In this document: in pieces, positions 1 to 12,495 of the stretch
How positions within the stretch are numbered: position 1 is the first letter of the stretch
How the letters are laid out: each line of letters starts with the position of its first letter
Assembly: GCF_004010195.1 (NCBI RefSeq)
Contig: NC_057713.1
Location: 100,304,075-100,368,074, forward strand
Length of the DNA: 64,000 bases
Origin: Chiloscyllium plagiosum
Taxonomy: Eukaryota
Direction of reading: 5' to 3'
Program-made: the position numbers and the translations under genes
The notes under the pieces: model-generated
Seen by the model: only the letters and a program-made list of their open reading frames with translations
Database searches by the model: none
What the model was told of the DNA's origin: nothing

Positions 1-3000
1 TCCACGCTGTGGCTGGGAGTTAGGGTCCACGCTGAGGCTGGGAGTTGGGGTCCACTCTGCGGCTGGGAGTAGGAGTCCATGCTGAGGCTGGAAGTTCTAG
101 TCAATGCTGCGGCTGTGAGTTGGAGTCCACGCTGAGGCTGGGAGTTGGAGTCCACGCTGAGGCTGGGAGTAGGAGTCCACGCTGAGGCTGGGAGTTGGAA
201 TCCAAGCTGAGGCTGGGAGTTCTAGTCCACGCTGAGGCTGGGAGTTCTAGTCCACGCTGAGGCTGGGAGTTTGAGTCCACACTGAGACTGGGAGTTTGAG
301 TCCACGCTGAGGTTGGGAGTTGGAGTCCACGTTGAGGCTACGAGTTGGAGTCCAAGCTGAGACTGGGAGTTGGATTCCATACTGAGGCCAAGAGTTCTAG
401 TCCACGCTGAGGACGGGAGTTGGAGACCATGCTGAGGCTGGGAGTTGGAGTCCATACTGAGGCTGGGAGTTGGAGTCCACACCGCGGCTGGGAGTTGGTG
501 TCCACGCTGAGGCTGGGTGTTGGAATCCACGCTGAGGCTGGGAGTTTGAGTCCACACTGAGGCTGGGAGTTTGAGTCCACACTGAGGCTGGGAGTTGGAG
601 TCCATGCTGAGGCCGGGAGTTGGAATCCACGCTGAGGCCGGGAGTTCTAGTCCACGCTGAGGCTGGGAGTTGGAGTCCAAGCTGAGGCTGGGAGTTTGAG
701 TCCACACTGAGGCTGGGAGTTTGAGTCCACGCTGAGGCCGGGAGTTGGAATCCACGCTGAGGCCGGGAGTTCTAGTCCATGCTGAGGCTGGGAGTTGGAG
801 TCCACGCTGTGGCTGGGAGTTTTGTCCACGCTGAGGCTGGGAGTTCTAGTCCACGCTGAGGCTGGGAGTTTGAGTCCACACTGAGACTGGGAGTTTGAGT
901 CCACAGTGAGGCTGGGAGTTGGAGTCCACGTTGAGGCTAGGAGTTGGAGTCCAAGCTGAGACTGGAAGTTGGAGTCCACGCTGAGGCCAGGAGTTCTAGT
1001 CCACGCTGAGGACGGGAGTTGGAGACCATGCTGAGGCTGGAAGTTGGAGTCCATACTGAGGCTGGGAGTTGGAGTCCACACCGCGGCTGGGATTTGGTGT
1101 CCACGCTGAGGCTGGGTGTTGGAATCCACACTGATGCTGGGTGTTTGAGACCACACTGAGGCTGGGTGTTTGAGACCACACTGAGGCTGGGAGTTGGAGT
1201 CCACGCTGAGGCCGGGAGTTGGAATCCACTCTGAGGACGGGAGTTCTAGTCCACGCTGAGGCTGGGAGTTGGGGTCCACGCTGAGGCTGGGAGTTTGAGT
1301 CCACACTGAGGCTGGGTGTTTGAGTCCACACTGAGGCTGGGAGTTGGAGTCCATGCTGAGGCCGGGAGTTGGAATCCACGCTGAGGCCGGGAGTTGGAGT
1401 CCACGCTGTGGCTGGGAGTTGGGGTCCACGCTGAGGCTGGGAGTTGTGGTCCACTCTGCGGCTGGGAGTAGGAGTCCACGCTGAGGCTGGAAGTTCTAGT
1501 CCACGCTGAGGCTGGGAGTTGGAATCCACGCTGAGGCTGGGAGTTCTAGTCCATGCTGCGGCTGGGAGTTGGAGTCCACGCTGAGGCTGGGAGTTGGAGT
1601 CCACGCTGAGGCTGGGAGTTGGAGTCCACTCTGAGGCTTGGATTTGGAGTCCACGCTGAGGCTGGGACGTAGAGTCCACGCTGAGGCTGGGAGTTGGAGT
1701 CCACGCTGAGGCTGGGAGTTGGAGTCCATGCTGAGGCTGGGAGGTAGAGTCCACGCTGAGGCTGGGAGTTGGAGTCCACGCTGAGGTAGGGAGTTGGAGT
1801 CCAAGCTTAGGCTGGCAGTTGGAGTCCACATTGTGGCTGGGAGTTTGAGACCACACTGAGGCTGGGAGTTTGAGTCCAGACTGAGGCTGGGAGTTGGAGT
1901 CCACACTGAGGCTGGGATTTGGAGTCCACGCTGAGGCTGGGAGTTCTAGTCCACGCTGAGGCTGGGAGTTTGAGTCCAGACTGAGGCTGGGAGTTGGAGT
2001 CCACACTGAGGCTGGGAGTTGGAGTCCACACTGAGGTTGGGAGTTGGAGTCCACTCTGAGGCTGGGATTTGGAGTCCACGCTGAGGCTGGGAGTTCTAGT
2101 CTACGCTGAGGCTGGGAGTTTGAGTCCAGACTGAGGCTGGGAGTTGGAGTCCACCTGAGGCTGGGAGTTGGAGTCCACACTGAGGCTGGGAGTTGGAGTC
2201 CACACTGAGGCTGGGAGTTGGAGTCCACTCTGAGGCTGGGATTTGGAGTCCACGCTGAGGCTGGGAGTTCTAGTCCACGCTGAGGCTGGGAGTTTGAGTC
2301 CAGACTGAGGCTGGGAGTTGGAGTCCACACTGAGGCTGGGAGTTGGAGTCCACACTGAGGTTGGGAGTTGGAGTCCACTCTGAGGCTGGGATTTGGAGTC
2401 CACGCTGAGGCTGGGAGTTCTAGTCTACGCTGAGGCTGGGAGTTTGAGTCCAGACTCAGGCTGGGAGTTGGAGTCCACGCTGAGGCTGGGAGTTCTAGTC
2501 CACGCTGAGGCTGGGAGTTTGAGTCCAGACTGAGGCTGGGATTTGGAGTCCACGCTGAGGCTGGGAGTTCTAGTCCACGCTGAGGCTGGGAGTTTGAGTC
2601 CAGACTGAGGCTGGGAGTTGGAGTCCACACTGAGTTTGGGAGTTTGAGTCCAGACTGAGGCTGGGAGTTGGAGTCCACACTGAGGCTTTGAGTTGGAGTC
2701 CACACTGAGGCTGGGAGTTGGAGTCCACTCTGAGGCTGGGATTTGGAGTCCACGCTGAGGCTGGGAGTTCTAGTCCACGCTGAGGCTGGGAGTTCTAGTC
2801 CACGCTGAGGCTCGTAGTTCTAGTCCATGGTGAGGCTTGGAGTAGGAGTCCACATTGAGGCCTGGAGTTTGAGTCCACACTTAGGCTGGGAGCTCTAGTC
2901 CACACTGAGGTTGGGAGTTGGAGTCCAAGCTGAGGCTGGGAGTTGGGGTCCACGCAGAGGCTGGGAGTTCTAGTCCAAGCTGAGGACGGGAGTTCTAGTC

Positions 3001-5470
3001 CACACTGAGGCTGGGAGTTGGAGACCACGCTGAGGCTGGGAGTTGGAGTCCATGCTTAGGCTGGGAGCTCTAGTCCACACTGAGGTTGGGAGTTGGAGAC
3101 CACGCTGAGGCTGGGAGTTGGAGTCCATGCTTAGGCTGGGTTTTGGAATCCACACTGAGGCTGGGAGTTGGAGTCCACGCTTAGGCTGGGAGTTGGAATC
3201 CACACTGAGGCTTTGAGTTGGAGTCCATGCTTAGGCTGGGAGTTGGAATCCACGCTGCGGCTGGGTGTTGGAATCCACACTGAGGCTTTGAGTTGGAGTC
3301 CATGCTTAGGCTGGGAGATGGAGTCCACGCTGCGGCTGGGTGTTGGAATCCACACTGAGGCTGGTAGTTGGAATCCACACTGAGGCTGGGGGTTGGAGTC
3401 CACGCTGCGGCTGGGAGTTGGAGTCCATGCTGAGGCTGGGATTTGGAGTCCACGCTGAGGCTGGGATTTGGAGTCCACGCTGAGGCCGGGATTTCTAGTT
3501 TCATGCTGAGGCTGAGAGTTGGAGTCCACGCTGAGGCTGGGATTTGGAGTCCGGGCCGAGGCTGGGAGTTGGAGTCCATGCTGAGACCGGGAGTTGGAGT
3601 CCAAGCTTAAGCTGGGAGTTCTAGTCCACACTGAGGCTGAGAGTTGGAGTCCACACTGAGGCTGGGAGTTGGAGTCCACACTGAGGCTGGGAGTTGGAGT
3701 CCAAGCTGAGACCGGGAGTTGGAGTCCACGCTGAGGCTGGGAGTTGGAGTCCACGCTGAGGCTGGGAGGTCTAGTCCATGCTGAGGCTGGGATTTGGAGT
3801 CCACGCTGAGGCTGGGATTTGGAGTCCACGCTGTGGCTGGGAGTTGGAGTCTATGCTGAGGCTGGGATTTGGAGTCCACGCTGAGGCTGGGATTTGGAGT
3901 CCACGCTGAGGCTGGGATTTGGAGTCCACGCTAAGGCTGGGAGTTGGAGTCCACACTGAGGCTGGGAGTTGGATAAAAGCTTATCCTAGGAGTTCTAGTC
4001 TACATTAGGCTGAGAGTTGGAGTCCACACTGAGGCTGGGAATTGGAGTCCATGCTGAGACCGGGAGTTGGAGTCCACGCTGAGGCTGGGAGTTGGAGTCC
4101 ACGCTGAGGCTGGGAGTTCTAGTCCATGCTGAGGCTGGGAGTTGGAGTCCACGCTGAGGGTGGGAGTTGGAGTCCATGCTGAGGCTGGGTGGTTGGAGTC
4201 CACGCTGAGGCTGGGAGTTCTAGTCCATGCTGAGGCTGGGAGTTGGAGTCCACGCTGAGGCTGGGAGTTGGAGTCCACACTGAGGTTTGGAATTGGAGTC
4301 CACGCTGAGGCTGGGAGTTGGATTCCACGCTGAGGCTGGGAGTTGGAGTCCATGCTGAGGCTGGGAGTTGGTGTCCACGCTGAGGCTGGGAGTTCTAATC
4401 CACGCTGAGGCTGGGAGGTTGGAGTCCACGCTGAGGCTGGGATTTGGAGTCCACGCTGAGTCTGGGAGTTGGAGTCCATGCTGAGGCCGGGAGTTTGAGT
4501 TCACACTGAGGCTGGGTGTCCTAGTCTATGCTGAGGCTGAGAGTTGGAATCCATGCTGAGACTGGGAGTTCTAGTCCACACTGAGGGTTTGAGTTGGAGT
4601 CCACGCTGAGGCTGGGAGTTGGAGTCTACACTGAGGCTGGGAGTTCAAGTCTTTACTGAGGCCAAGAGTTCTAGTCCATGCTGAGGCTGGGAGTTGTAGT
4701 CCACGCTGAGACCGGGAGTTCGAGTCCACGCTGAGATCGAGGTTTGGAGTCCACGCTGAGGCTGGGAGTTCTAGTCCATGCTGAGGCTGGGTGTTGGAGT
4801 CCACTCCGAGGCTGGGAGGTTGGAGTCCACGCTGAGGCTGGGAGTTGGAGTCCATGCTGAGGCTGGGAGGTTGGAGTCCACGCTGAGGCTGGGAGTTGGA
4901 GTCCACGCTGAGACCGGGAGTTTGAGTTCACACTGAGGCTGGGTGTCCTAGTCCATGCTGAGGCTGAGAGTTGGAATCCATGCTGAGGCTGGGTGTCAGA
5001 GTCCATGCTGAGTCTGGGAGCTCTAGTCCACACTGAGGGTTTGAGTTGGAGTCCACGCTGAGGCTGGGAGTTTGAGTCTACACTGAGGCTGGGAGTTTGA
5101 GTCTTCACTGAGGCCAGGAGTTCTAGTCCATGCTGAGGCTGGGAGTTGTAGTCCACGCTGAGACCGGGAGTTCTAGTCCACGCTGAGATCGGGGGTTGGA
5201 GTCCACGCTGAGGCTGGGAGTTCTAGTCCATGCTGAGGCCGGGAGTTCTAGTCCATGCTGAGGCCGGGAGTTCTAGTCCATGCTGAGGCTGGGAGTATGA
5301 GTTCACACTGAGACCGGGAGTTCTAGTCCACGCTGAGGCTGGGAGTTGAAGGCCACGCTGAGACCGGGAGTTCGAGTCCACGCTGAGATCGGGGTTTGGA
5401 GTCCACGCTGAGACCGGGAGTTCTAGTCCATGCTGAAGCCGGGAGTTTGAATCCTCACTGAGGCCAGGGT
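1..5470. repeat. 25-bp tandem satellite, consensus approx. GAGTCCACGCTGAGGCTGGGAGTTG, roughly 215-220 monomers, extends beyond the left edge
   Basis: The tandem monomer is directly visible. Recurrent variants include TTCTAG/TTTGAG/TTGGAG and CACG/CATG/CACA. It accounts for all the repetitive DSNSQPQ ORFs. Confidence 0.98.
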
Positions 5471-5612
5471 CCACAGTGGCTTTCACCCCAGACATGCCAA
5501 TGCTACCAAACGGGAGGTAAAGAGAAAAAGAAAAGAAAACACAAAAAGAGACAAGTAAAAGAAAGAAAATGGATGGTGCGGATGAGCTCAGGCTCAGGAG
5601 TCCTACTTCCCT
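5470..5612 (-). mobile_element. 5' head of a shark non-autonomous retroposon, contiguous with the satellite
   Basis: An AG-rich tract is followed by GCGGATGAGCTCAGGCTCAGGAGTCCTACT. This resembles the reverse complement of a recalled shark repeat head; the family name is not established. Confidence 0.55.
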
Positions 5613-5659
5613 TCGAGATAAAAAGTACATTATAGTTGGAAATGTTGAATCAGGAGGAG

Positions 5660-5940
5660 ACCATTTAACCTCTTGACCATTTTACACTGTTCAATTAGAT
5701 CTTGATTAATTTGTATCTCAATTCCATTTTATCCACCTTTGCTCCAAATCAGTCTTTAAACCTCCGAAGCATACACAGACTTTTGTGGGGAGAGAGTCCC
5801 ACTCTTGTACATGTGCTAAGGTGCTACCTGATTTACTGCCTGAATGCACTTTTAAATTTTAAGATTTACATTCCTGTGTTCTATATTCTTCCGTTAGAGA
5901 ACACAGTTTCTCAATTTTTACCTTACTGAATCCCTTTAAT
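5660..5940 (-). mobile_element. degraded CR1 3' fragment
   Basis: CR1 3'-UTR-like GGAGGAGACCATTTAACCTCTTGA...TTCAATTAGATC in reverse orientation. Confidence 0.5.
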
Positions 5941-6391
5941 TTTTTAAAGACATTGTTCCCAAAATCAGTAGAAAGCAACCATAATTGAACACCTTTAGAC
6001 ATCATTCTGGCGACTGAGAGTCTCTCTGATTGTTGTTCCTATTTGTGTTCAGATCTCTCAGGTACATATACTGCCTTGTTGAATAAATGGTAAAATAATT
6101 CATTTTCTCAAACGTTAGTTTAATAGAATCCCCAATGATAGGGCAACATTTCTAAGTGAGTTTAAGCAGAAGATCCAGTGTTGGTCCTTGGCAACAGAGG
6201 GACATGAAGAGGGCATTCAGCCTTTTTTTACTTAAGTGAAGAGCTATTCACCTCTGATTTTAAATGATTAATTGAGCTAATTTGTACTGTATCTTGTGGC
6301 CAAGAGTTCCATTGCCCTCTAACCTCTCTCCTAAATGGAATGCTTTGATTTTGAGCCTCCCCCTCCATCAGTGGAAACTGTTTCTCTCTCT

Positions 6392-6659
6392 GCGATTTTG
6401 GAGAAGACTTGTATCTCAGGGTGTGGATCAGGTTGTACGTTTGCTCACTGAGTTGGTAGATTTGTTCTCAGACGTTTCGTCACCATGCTAGATAGCATCA
6501 CCAGTGAGCCGCCGATGAAGTGCTGGTGTTCTGTTCCGCTTGCTATTTAACTGTCTTGGTCTGTTGTGGTGGGTGATATCACTTCCGGTTCTTTATCTGA
6601 GAGGATGGTAAATGGGATCCAAATCGATGCATTTGTTAATGGAGTTCCAGTTTGAATTT
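6392..6659 (-). mobile_element. Penelope-like element 3' end (endonuclease C-terminus plus pLTR)
   Basis: The minus strand encodes WNSINKCIDLDPIYHPLR, typical of PLE C-termini. It is followed by a decayed hammerhead, CTGGTGA-T-GCTATC-TAGCAT-GGTGAC-GAAAC-GTC. Confidence 0.8.
6466..6508 (-). ncRNA. degenerate type I hammerhead ribozyme motif
   Basis: The core reads CUGGUGA (A6>G), stem II is imperfect, and GAAAC-GUC is present. Probably inactive. Confidence 0.6.
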
Positions 6660-7559
6660 GTATTTGAAACTCTGAAAACTGTTGATGGAATATGTTTTTC
6701 TCGCTCTCTCCACCTATCAAATCAATTCAAAATCTTAAAAACCTCAATCTAATCACCCTTTAATCTCCGATCATCCAGGGAAGACGAGCTTATTTTGTGT
6801 AAAGTCTCCTCAAAATCTAACCTGGACAGCAATGGTGACACTCTGGTGAACCTGCAATGCACTTCTTCCAAGGCCAATGTGTCCCTTTTGAAATGATATG
6901 CCTTCATATAATCTCTGGTGATGTAAAGTTGTGTAACGTCAGACAAATCTGCAATAAGGGAATCCAAACAACTTCAGCAATGCTGAATTAGAGACAGAAA
7001 CACTTCTGATCCTGCTCCTGATTGCAATCATTTGAAAGTTATTGGAATTGAATCTCTGTCAGTTCAGGGTTCCCCTGGCAGTGGATAAGCTGCATTGTTA
7101 TCCCTACACTCATTGGGAAGATAGGGATAATAATAGTACAATCATTTTGGATGGGCTACTAGTGAGTCTATTTTGATGGATTCCCATTAAGGTGTTACTA
7201 GTTCCAGAGACAAATACTGGAAAAGAGAAACAATAAGTTTGATAATTTAAAAATGGTCCAATAATCATGTTCAATTCAACTACCACTTCTAACTAACAAT
7301 TTCTAGCTAGTATTTGAAGCTCTGAAAATCGTTGTTGGAATATGTCAAACAACAAATTATTGGAACAATAAGCTAATCACTGCAGCCAAACGCAATTTAG
7401 AGATTATTTTATTTCTGATTTGTCAATATGTTTTCTGTTCTGATTTAGTTATCCTGGCACTATCTCTATTCACAATCTTAACAGCAGCATTTTTGAAAGT
7501 AATTCTGGCAAAATGAATACTTCACCTCCAATCTAAGATTTAAAATAAGGAAAACAAAA

Positions 7560-7920
7560 TCTTGGATTTACAAAGCAACTTTGACAACATCCCAAAGTCC
7601 AATGGAATACTTTGAAGTGTAATCACCAGAATATTTTAGGAACCATAGAAACCAATTTGTACAGAGCAAGTTCCTCCAAACAGCAATGTGATAACGAGCG
7701 TCCGAGAGATGTGATTAGGGAATATATTTTGGCCAAGAGATTGATGAGAACTTACTCTGCTCTATAAAACATGTGTACCCCCACCTGAGATGAGACGTAA
7801 AAGATGACACCTCTAACTTAGCTGAGTATCAGCCTAGTTTCTGTGCTCTTGTCTCCAGACCAGCTTTAAAATAATGCACTTCTGATTTTGACTTAAAAAT
7901 GCAACCTGTGGCACTACAGT
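7560..7920 (-). mobile_element. ancient tRNA-derived SINE (Deu-domain / SacSINE1-like)
   Basis: ACATCCCAAAG...CAATTTGTACAGAGCAAGTTCCTCCAAACAGCAATGTGATAA is the reverse complement of the body seen in other copies in the window. Confidence 0.6.
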
Positions 7921-10249
7921 TGGCTTCACAGTGCCAACACCTGATTTCAAGCCCATAACCCACTATTTTGTCAGTTTTAGAGTTTAGCTGAGGTTTGAAT
8001 GAGCACTGTCTTCTCTGAGACAGAAAATTGTGGGTTCAGTCCCCATTTATGGTATGTGGCCATAGAAGCATAAATGGTTTATACTCGCATTGATTTTATT
8101 CCATCAGGAATGATTTTCAGAAACTTGAGAGAAGAGCTCAACTCAAAAACCACAACTCTTTCTACTCATTCAATTAAAATTTATATTTACGTTGTGCCTT
8201 CATACTAAGATACTAAGGCACTTCATATCATCAACTATCAAACATAATTTGACACTGAGCCATGTAAGTAGAGAGAAGGCTAAGAACCAAATGTCTAGCC
8301 AATGAGATAGAGGAGAGAGATGGAGTGAAGGAGAGGGGATTAGTGAGGGAATTTCACAGTTAAAAACGTAGATGGCTGAAGGCACAGCCAATACTGATGG
8401 CAAAAGGAAATCAGAAACGTGCGAGATCACAGCTGAGGCCATGACCTCCTGTGGTATGTTACCCTCTGGTGGAAGAGTTAAATCTCCTTCATCATCTGTA
8501 AACTGGTATTCAGGACTACATTGTAGAGATGCAGCATGTTCAGAGGTGCTTAATGTTTGGCTATTTAATGACTGTCTGCCTAATAATGCAGGAGTTCAGA
8601 AAAATCCTAAATCTCCCATTTAGCACTTTTCAAAGAAGAGCAGAGAATTTTTGTGGCCAATATGTTCCCATCAGCATTCATCTTACAATTACTTCATTCA
8701 TGCATTGATTGCAGCAGCTAGGGATAGCCTCTTTAGAGTAGGGAGGTTAGGAGCAAATTTGATAGAAACGTTCAGTTATGAGAGGTGGATGGAAAGGAAC
8801 AATTCCCATTGGTGAAAAGATTGATAATCAGAGGACACAAGTTTAAAACGAATGACAGAACAGCTACTGTCTGTCAGCATGGTGGAAGCAGATCCAATCG
8901 TGGCTTTCAAAAGGGGATTGGATAAGCACCTGAAGATAAAAGGACAAGGACGGCATTCATCATATTGCTCTTGGAGAGAGCTGACATGGATCTGTGGACT
9001 AAATGGCCTCCTTTTGTGTTGTAACTAAGAATTAATTCATAACACTGGCTGGTTACCATGGTGCTGTTTGTGCAGGATCTAGCAGTGCATTACGTGGCTC
9101 CCATATTTGCCTGCAAAATGGTCATTTTATCGCAAAGCTACTGTAAATATATAATTTTGAGACCTTACTGAGAATTGTGATAATACACAACAGAAAAATA
9201 AGTAGAATTCTAAAATCTCCATGAAAAATTAGTAGGCATCAAGCTTATAGCATCATTTACTACTAATTATTTCACTAGAAAAGAAAGTTAAACAGTAGGT
9301 TTGTTTCATATATCTTGTGAAATTATTTGATTCATTGAATTATTTATCCCAGACAGGCATATTAATCTATTTAGTCACTTTAATCAGGCTGAGACTGTTA
9401 GTGTTGGCTTTGTTTCACTCCCCTTTAGGCAGGTCTAAGTGAATAGAGAAGCAATATCAATTTTTCTGATTGTATGTGATCCATAATTCATATCAACCTT
9501 CAACAATGGAAGGGTATGACTTTGAAAGTTGGCATGAACAGTCAAGCAGTGCAGAGATAACTTCAGACTGAGATTATCTGCCCCTGTTAACAGGGATCTT
9601 TATTGTAGTCAATGTATTAATGTTTGCCTTTAAATCAGTTACAATATTAGCCCCAAGGTCTTGAAAAGCATTTTTGAAACTCATGTCGGTTTTTTTTTCC
9701 TTTCAGCACATAGGTGGGCTTGGTCTGGTAGTTTCACTCAGCTTTACTCAAACCCCTGCTTTTCACTGGAAGCATAATAGGAATCTTCCTGTTGTCTTCT
9801 TGTGCAAAGGAGGAAGATGAAAAGGCTAGATCAGAGCTTTTTACTGATTTGTATCAGAGGTAGTGGGCAGAATTCTGCATTATGCTGATAAGTCGAGCGA
9901 TAAAACTCCTCGATGCCCTTCCTGTTGCCCACCTGCCCAGCTAGCCCAACCTCTCCTCAATTACACAATGGCACCTTTACCACAGTTCAGGCTCTTATGT
10001 GGCAAATTAATGTCCGGTTAAGGCCTCAATTTCTTGGGTGGTGGGATGAGGTCAGGGTCGGGGAGCAAGCCCGGAATGTGACCCTTCTCAGGCCAGAAGT
10101 TGGGGGATGGAACACCTCCATAAACAGCCAGCTTTGCCAAGTTGGTGAGGTCACCACACCATAGGGAGGATGTGACTGCAATAGGAAGGGTGCTGAGGAA
10201 ATTCTCAAGGTTGTTGCCTGGCTGGTGCGATTCAGCTATGAAGAGAAAG

Positions 10250-10672
10250 TGGATAGGCTGGGGCTGTTTTCCTTTGAGTTGTGAAAGCTGTGGTGGCATC
10301 TGATTGAAGTGCACAATGTTCTGGTGGACATAGACAGGATAGATAAGGAGAAACTTTTCTCTTTAGTAAAGCAGTCAATACCCAGGGACATAGATTTAAA
10401 TAAAGGACAGGAAGCTTTGAGGGGATTTGAGGAAAAGTGTTTTCACCCAGAGGATTATTGGTACCTGGATCTCATTGCCTAAAAGGGTGGTATAAGTAGC
10501 AATCCTCAATATATTTAAGAAGTATTGAGATGAGTACTCAAAACATCATAGTATACAAGGCTACAGGCCAAGTGCTAGAGAATGGGATTAGAATGAATGG
10601 ATATTTAATAACCAGCATAGATATAGTGGGCTGAAGGGTGTCTTTCTGTGCTATGAAAAATCAATGATTCTA
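10250..10672 (+). mobile_element. CR1 3' fragment
   Basis: GGATAGGCTGGGGCTGTTTTCCTT...TTTCACCCAGAG...GGGCTGAAGGG...CTGTGCT; CR1 ORF2 end plus 3' UTR. Confidence 0.75.
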
Positions 10673-10860
10673 TAACCCTGTCAGGAAACCACCCCACCCC
10701 TCCCTCAACAAAGTCTGCCTCCATTGAGATGCTGCTTCCCAAACTATCCATCAAGAACCCTAATCCCCTCCTACTTCATTTGCCACTCAATCAAATTTTT
10801 CTGCATCTCTCTGAGATGGGATCTCCTCTGGAATAAGGAACAGGCGATCCAATTTAATGT

Positions 10861-12495
10861 CAATACACAATAGGCAATAGGTGCAGGAGTAGGCCATTCT
10901 GCCCTTCGAGCCAGCACCACCATTCATTATGATCATGGCTGATCATCCTCAATCAGTATCCTGTTCCTGCCTTATCCCCATAACCCTTGATTCCACTATC
11001 CTTAAGAGCTCTATCCAACTCTTTCTTGAAAGTATCCAGAGACTTGGCCTCCACAGCCTTCTGGGGCAGAGCATTCCATACACCCACCACTCTCTGGGTG
11101 AAGACGTTTCTCCTCTGTTCTAAGTGGCCTACCCCTTATTTTTAAACTGCGTCCTCTGTTTCGGGACTCACCCATCAGCAGAAGCATGCTTCCTGCCTCC
11201 AGAGTGTCCAATCCTTTAATAATCTTATACGTCTCAATCAGATCCCCTCTCAGTCTTCTAAACTCAAGCGTATACAAGCCCAGTCACTCCAATCTTTCAG
11301 CATAAGATAGTCCCGCCATTCTGGGAATTGACCTCATGAACCTATGCTGCACTCCCTCAATAGCCAGAATGTCTTTCCTCAAATTTAGAGACCAAAACTG
11401 CGCACAATATTCCAGGTGCGGTCTCATCAGGGCCCTGTACAGCTGCAGAAGGACCTCTTTGCTTCTATACTCAATTCCTCTTGTTATGAAGGCCAGTATG
11501 CTATTAGCTTGCTCCACTGCCTGCTGTTCCCGCATGCTTGCTTTCATTGACTGCCGTACAAGAATACCTAGATCTCATTGTACTGCCAATTTACCTAACG
11601 TGACTCCATTTAGGTAGTAATCTGCCTTCCTGTTCTTTCCACCAAAGTGGATAACCACACATTTATCCACATTAAACCGCATCTGCCATGCAACAGTCCA
11701 CTCACCTAGCCTGTCCAGGTCACCCTGTATTCTCCTAATATCCTCCTCACATTTCACCCTGCCACCCAGCTTTGTGTCATCAGCAAATTTGCTAATATTA
11801 CTTTTAATACCTTCATCTATATCATTAATGTACATTGTAAAAAGCTGCGATCCCAGCACGGATCCCTGCAGCACACCATTGGTCACCGCCTGCCATTCCG
11901 AAAGGGAGCCGTTTATCACTATTCTTTGTTTCCTGTCAGCCAATCAATTTTCAATCCATGTCAGTATTTTGCCCCTAATACCATGTGCCCTAATTTTGCT
12001 CATTAACCTCCTACGTGGGACTTTATCAAAGGCTTTCTGAAAGTCCAGGTATACAACATCCACTAGATTTCCCTTGTCCATCTTCAGAGTTATATCCTCA
12101 AAAAATTCCAGAAGATTAGTCAAGCATGATTTCCCCTTCATGCTGACTCTGACCTATCCTGTTACTGCTATCCAGATGCGTCGTAATTTCGTCCTTTATA
12201 ATTGACTCCATTATTTTTCCCACCACTGAGGTCAGACTAACTGGTCTATAATTCTCTGTTTTCACTCTCCCTCCTTTCTTAAAATGTGGGACAACATTAG
12301 CCACACTCCCATCCGCAGGAACTGATCCTGAATCTATAGAACATTGGAAAATGATCACCAATGCATCCACGATTTCTAGAGCCACCTCCTTCAGTACCCT
12401 GGGATGCAGACCATCAGGTCCCAGGGACTTATCAGCCTTCAGACCTAACAGTCTCTCCAACACCAATTCCTGCCTAATATAACTTCCCTTCAGTT
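10861..12495 (-). mobile_element. 5'-truncated CR1 LINE, RT domain frameshifted
   Basis: ORF track shows [40 protein letters not shown] and RRLRGDLIE. Tandem CAATAGG tail at 10861-10881. Confidence 0.95.

Larger units (their letters stand above)
6310..6905 (-). mobile_element. degraded CR1 ORF2 C-terminal fragment interrupted by a Penelope insertion
   Basis: The minus ORF reads LALEEVHCRFTR...RRLKGD, matching CR1 LEGVQRRFTR...RRLRGD. It is split at a CTCTCT run near 6391/6705. Confidence 0.65.

Noticed and set aside
1-5470. CRISPR array or telomeric repeat
   Set aside because: There are no unique spacers, the context is eukaryotic, and the unit is not TTAGGG.
1-5470. Hammerhead ribozyme in the satellite monomer (CTGAGG)
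   Set aside because: The monomer reads CUGAGGC rather than CUGANGA and has no GAAA or stem II.
222-5630. Long minus-strand ORFs (up to 585 aa) of repeated DSNSQPQRGLQLPASAWTPTPSLSV
   Set aside because: A 25-nt unit without stop codons gives the same 25-aa peptide in all three frames. Stops and 1-nt indels fall at random, so there is no evidence of coding constraint.
9865-10170. GC-richer segment starting GGGCAGAATTCT, possible DNA-transposon end
   Set aside because: I could not identify a matching second TIR or a TSD.
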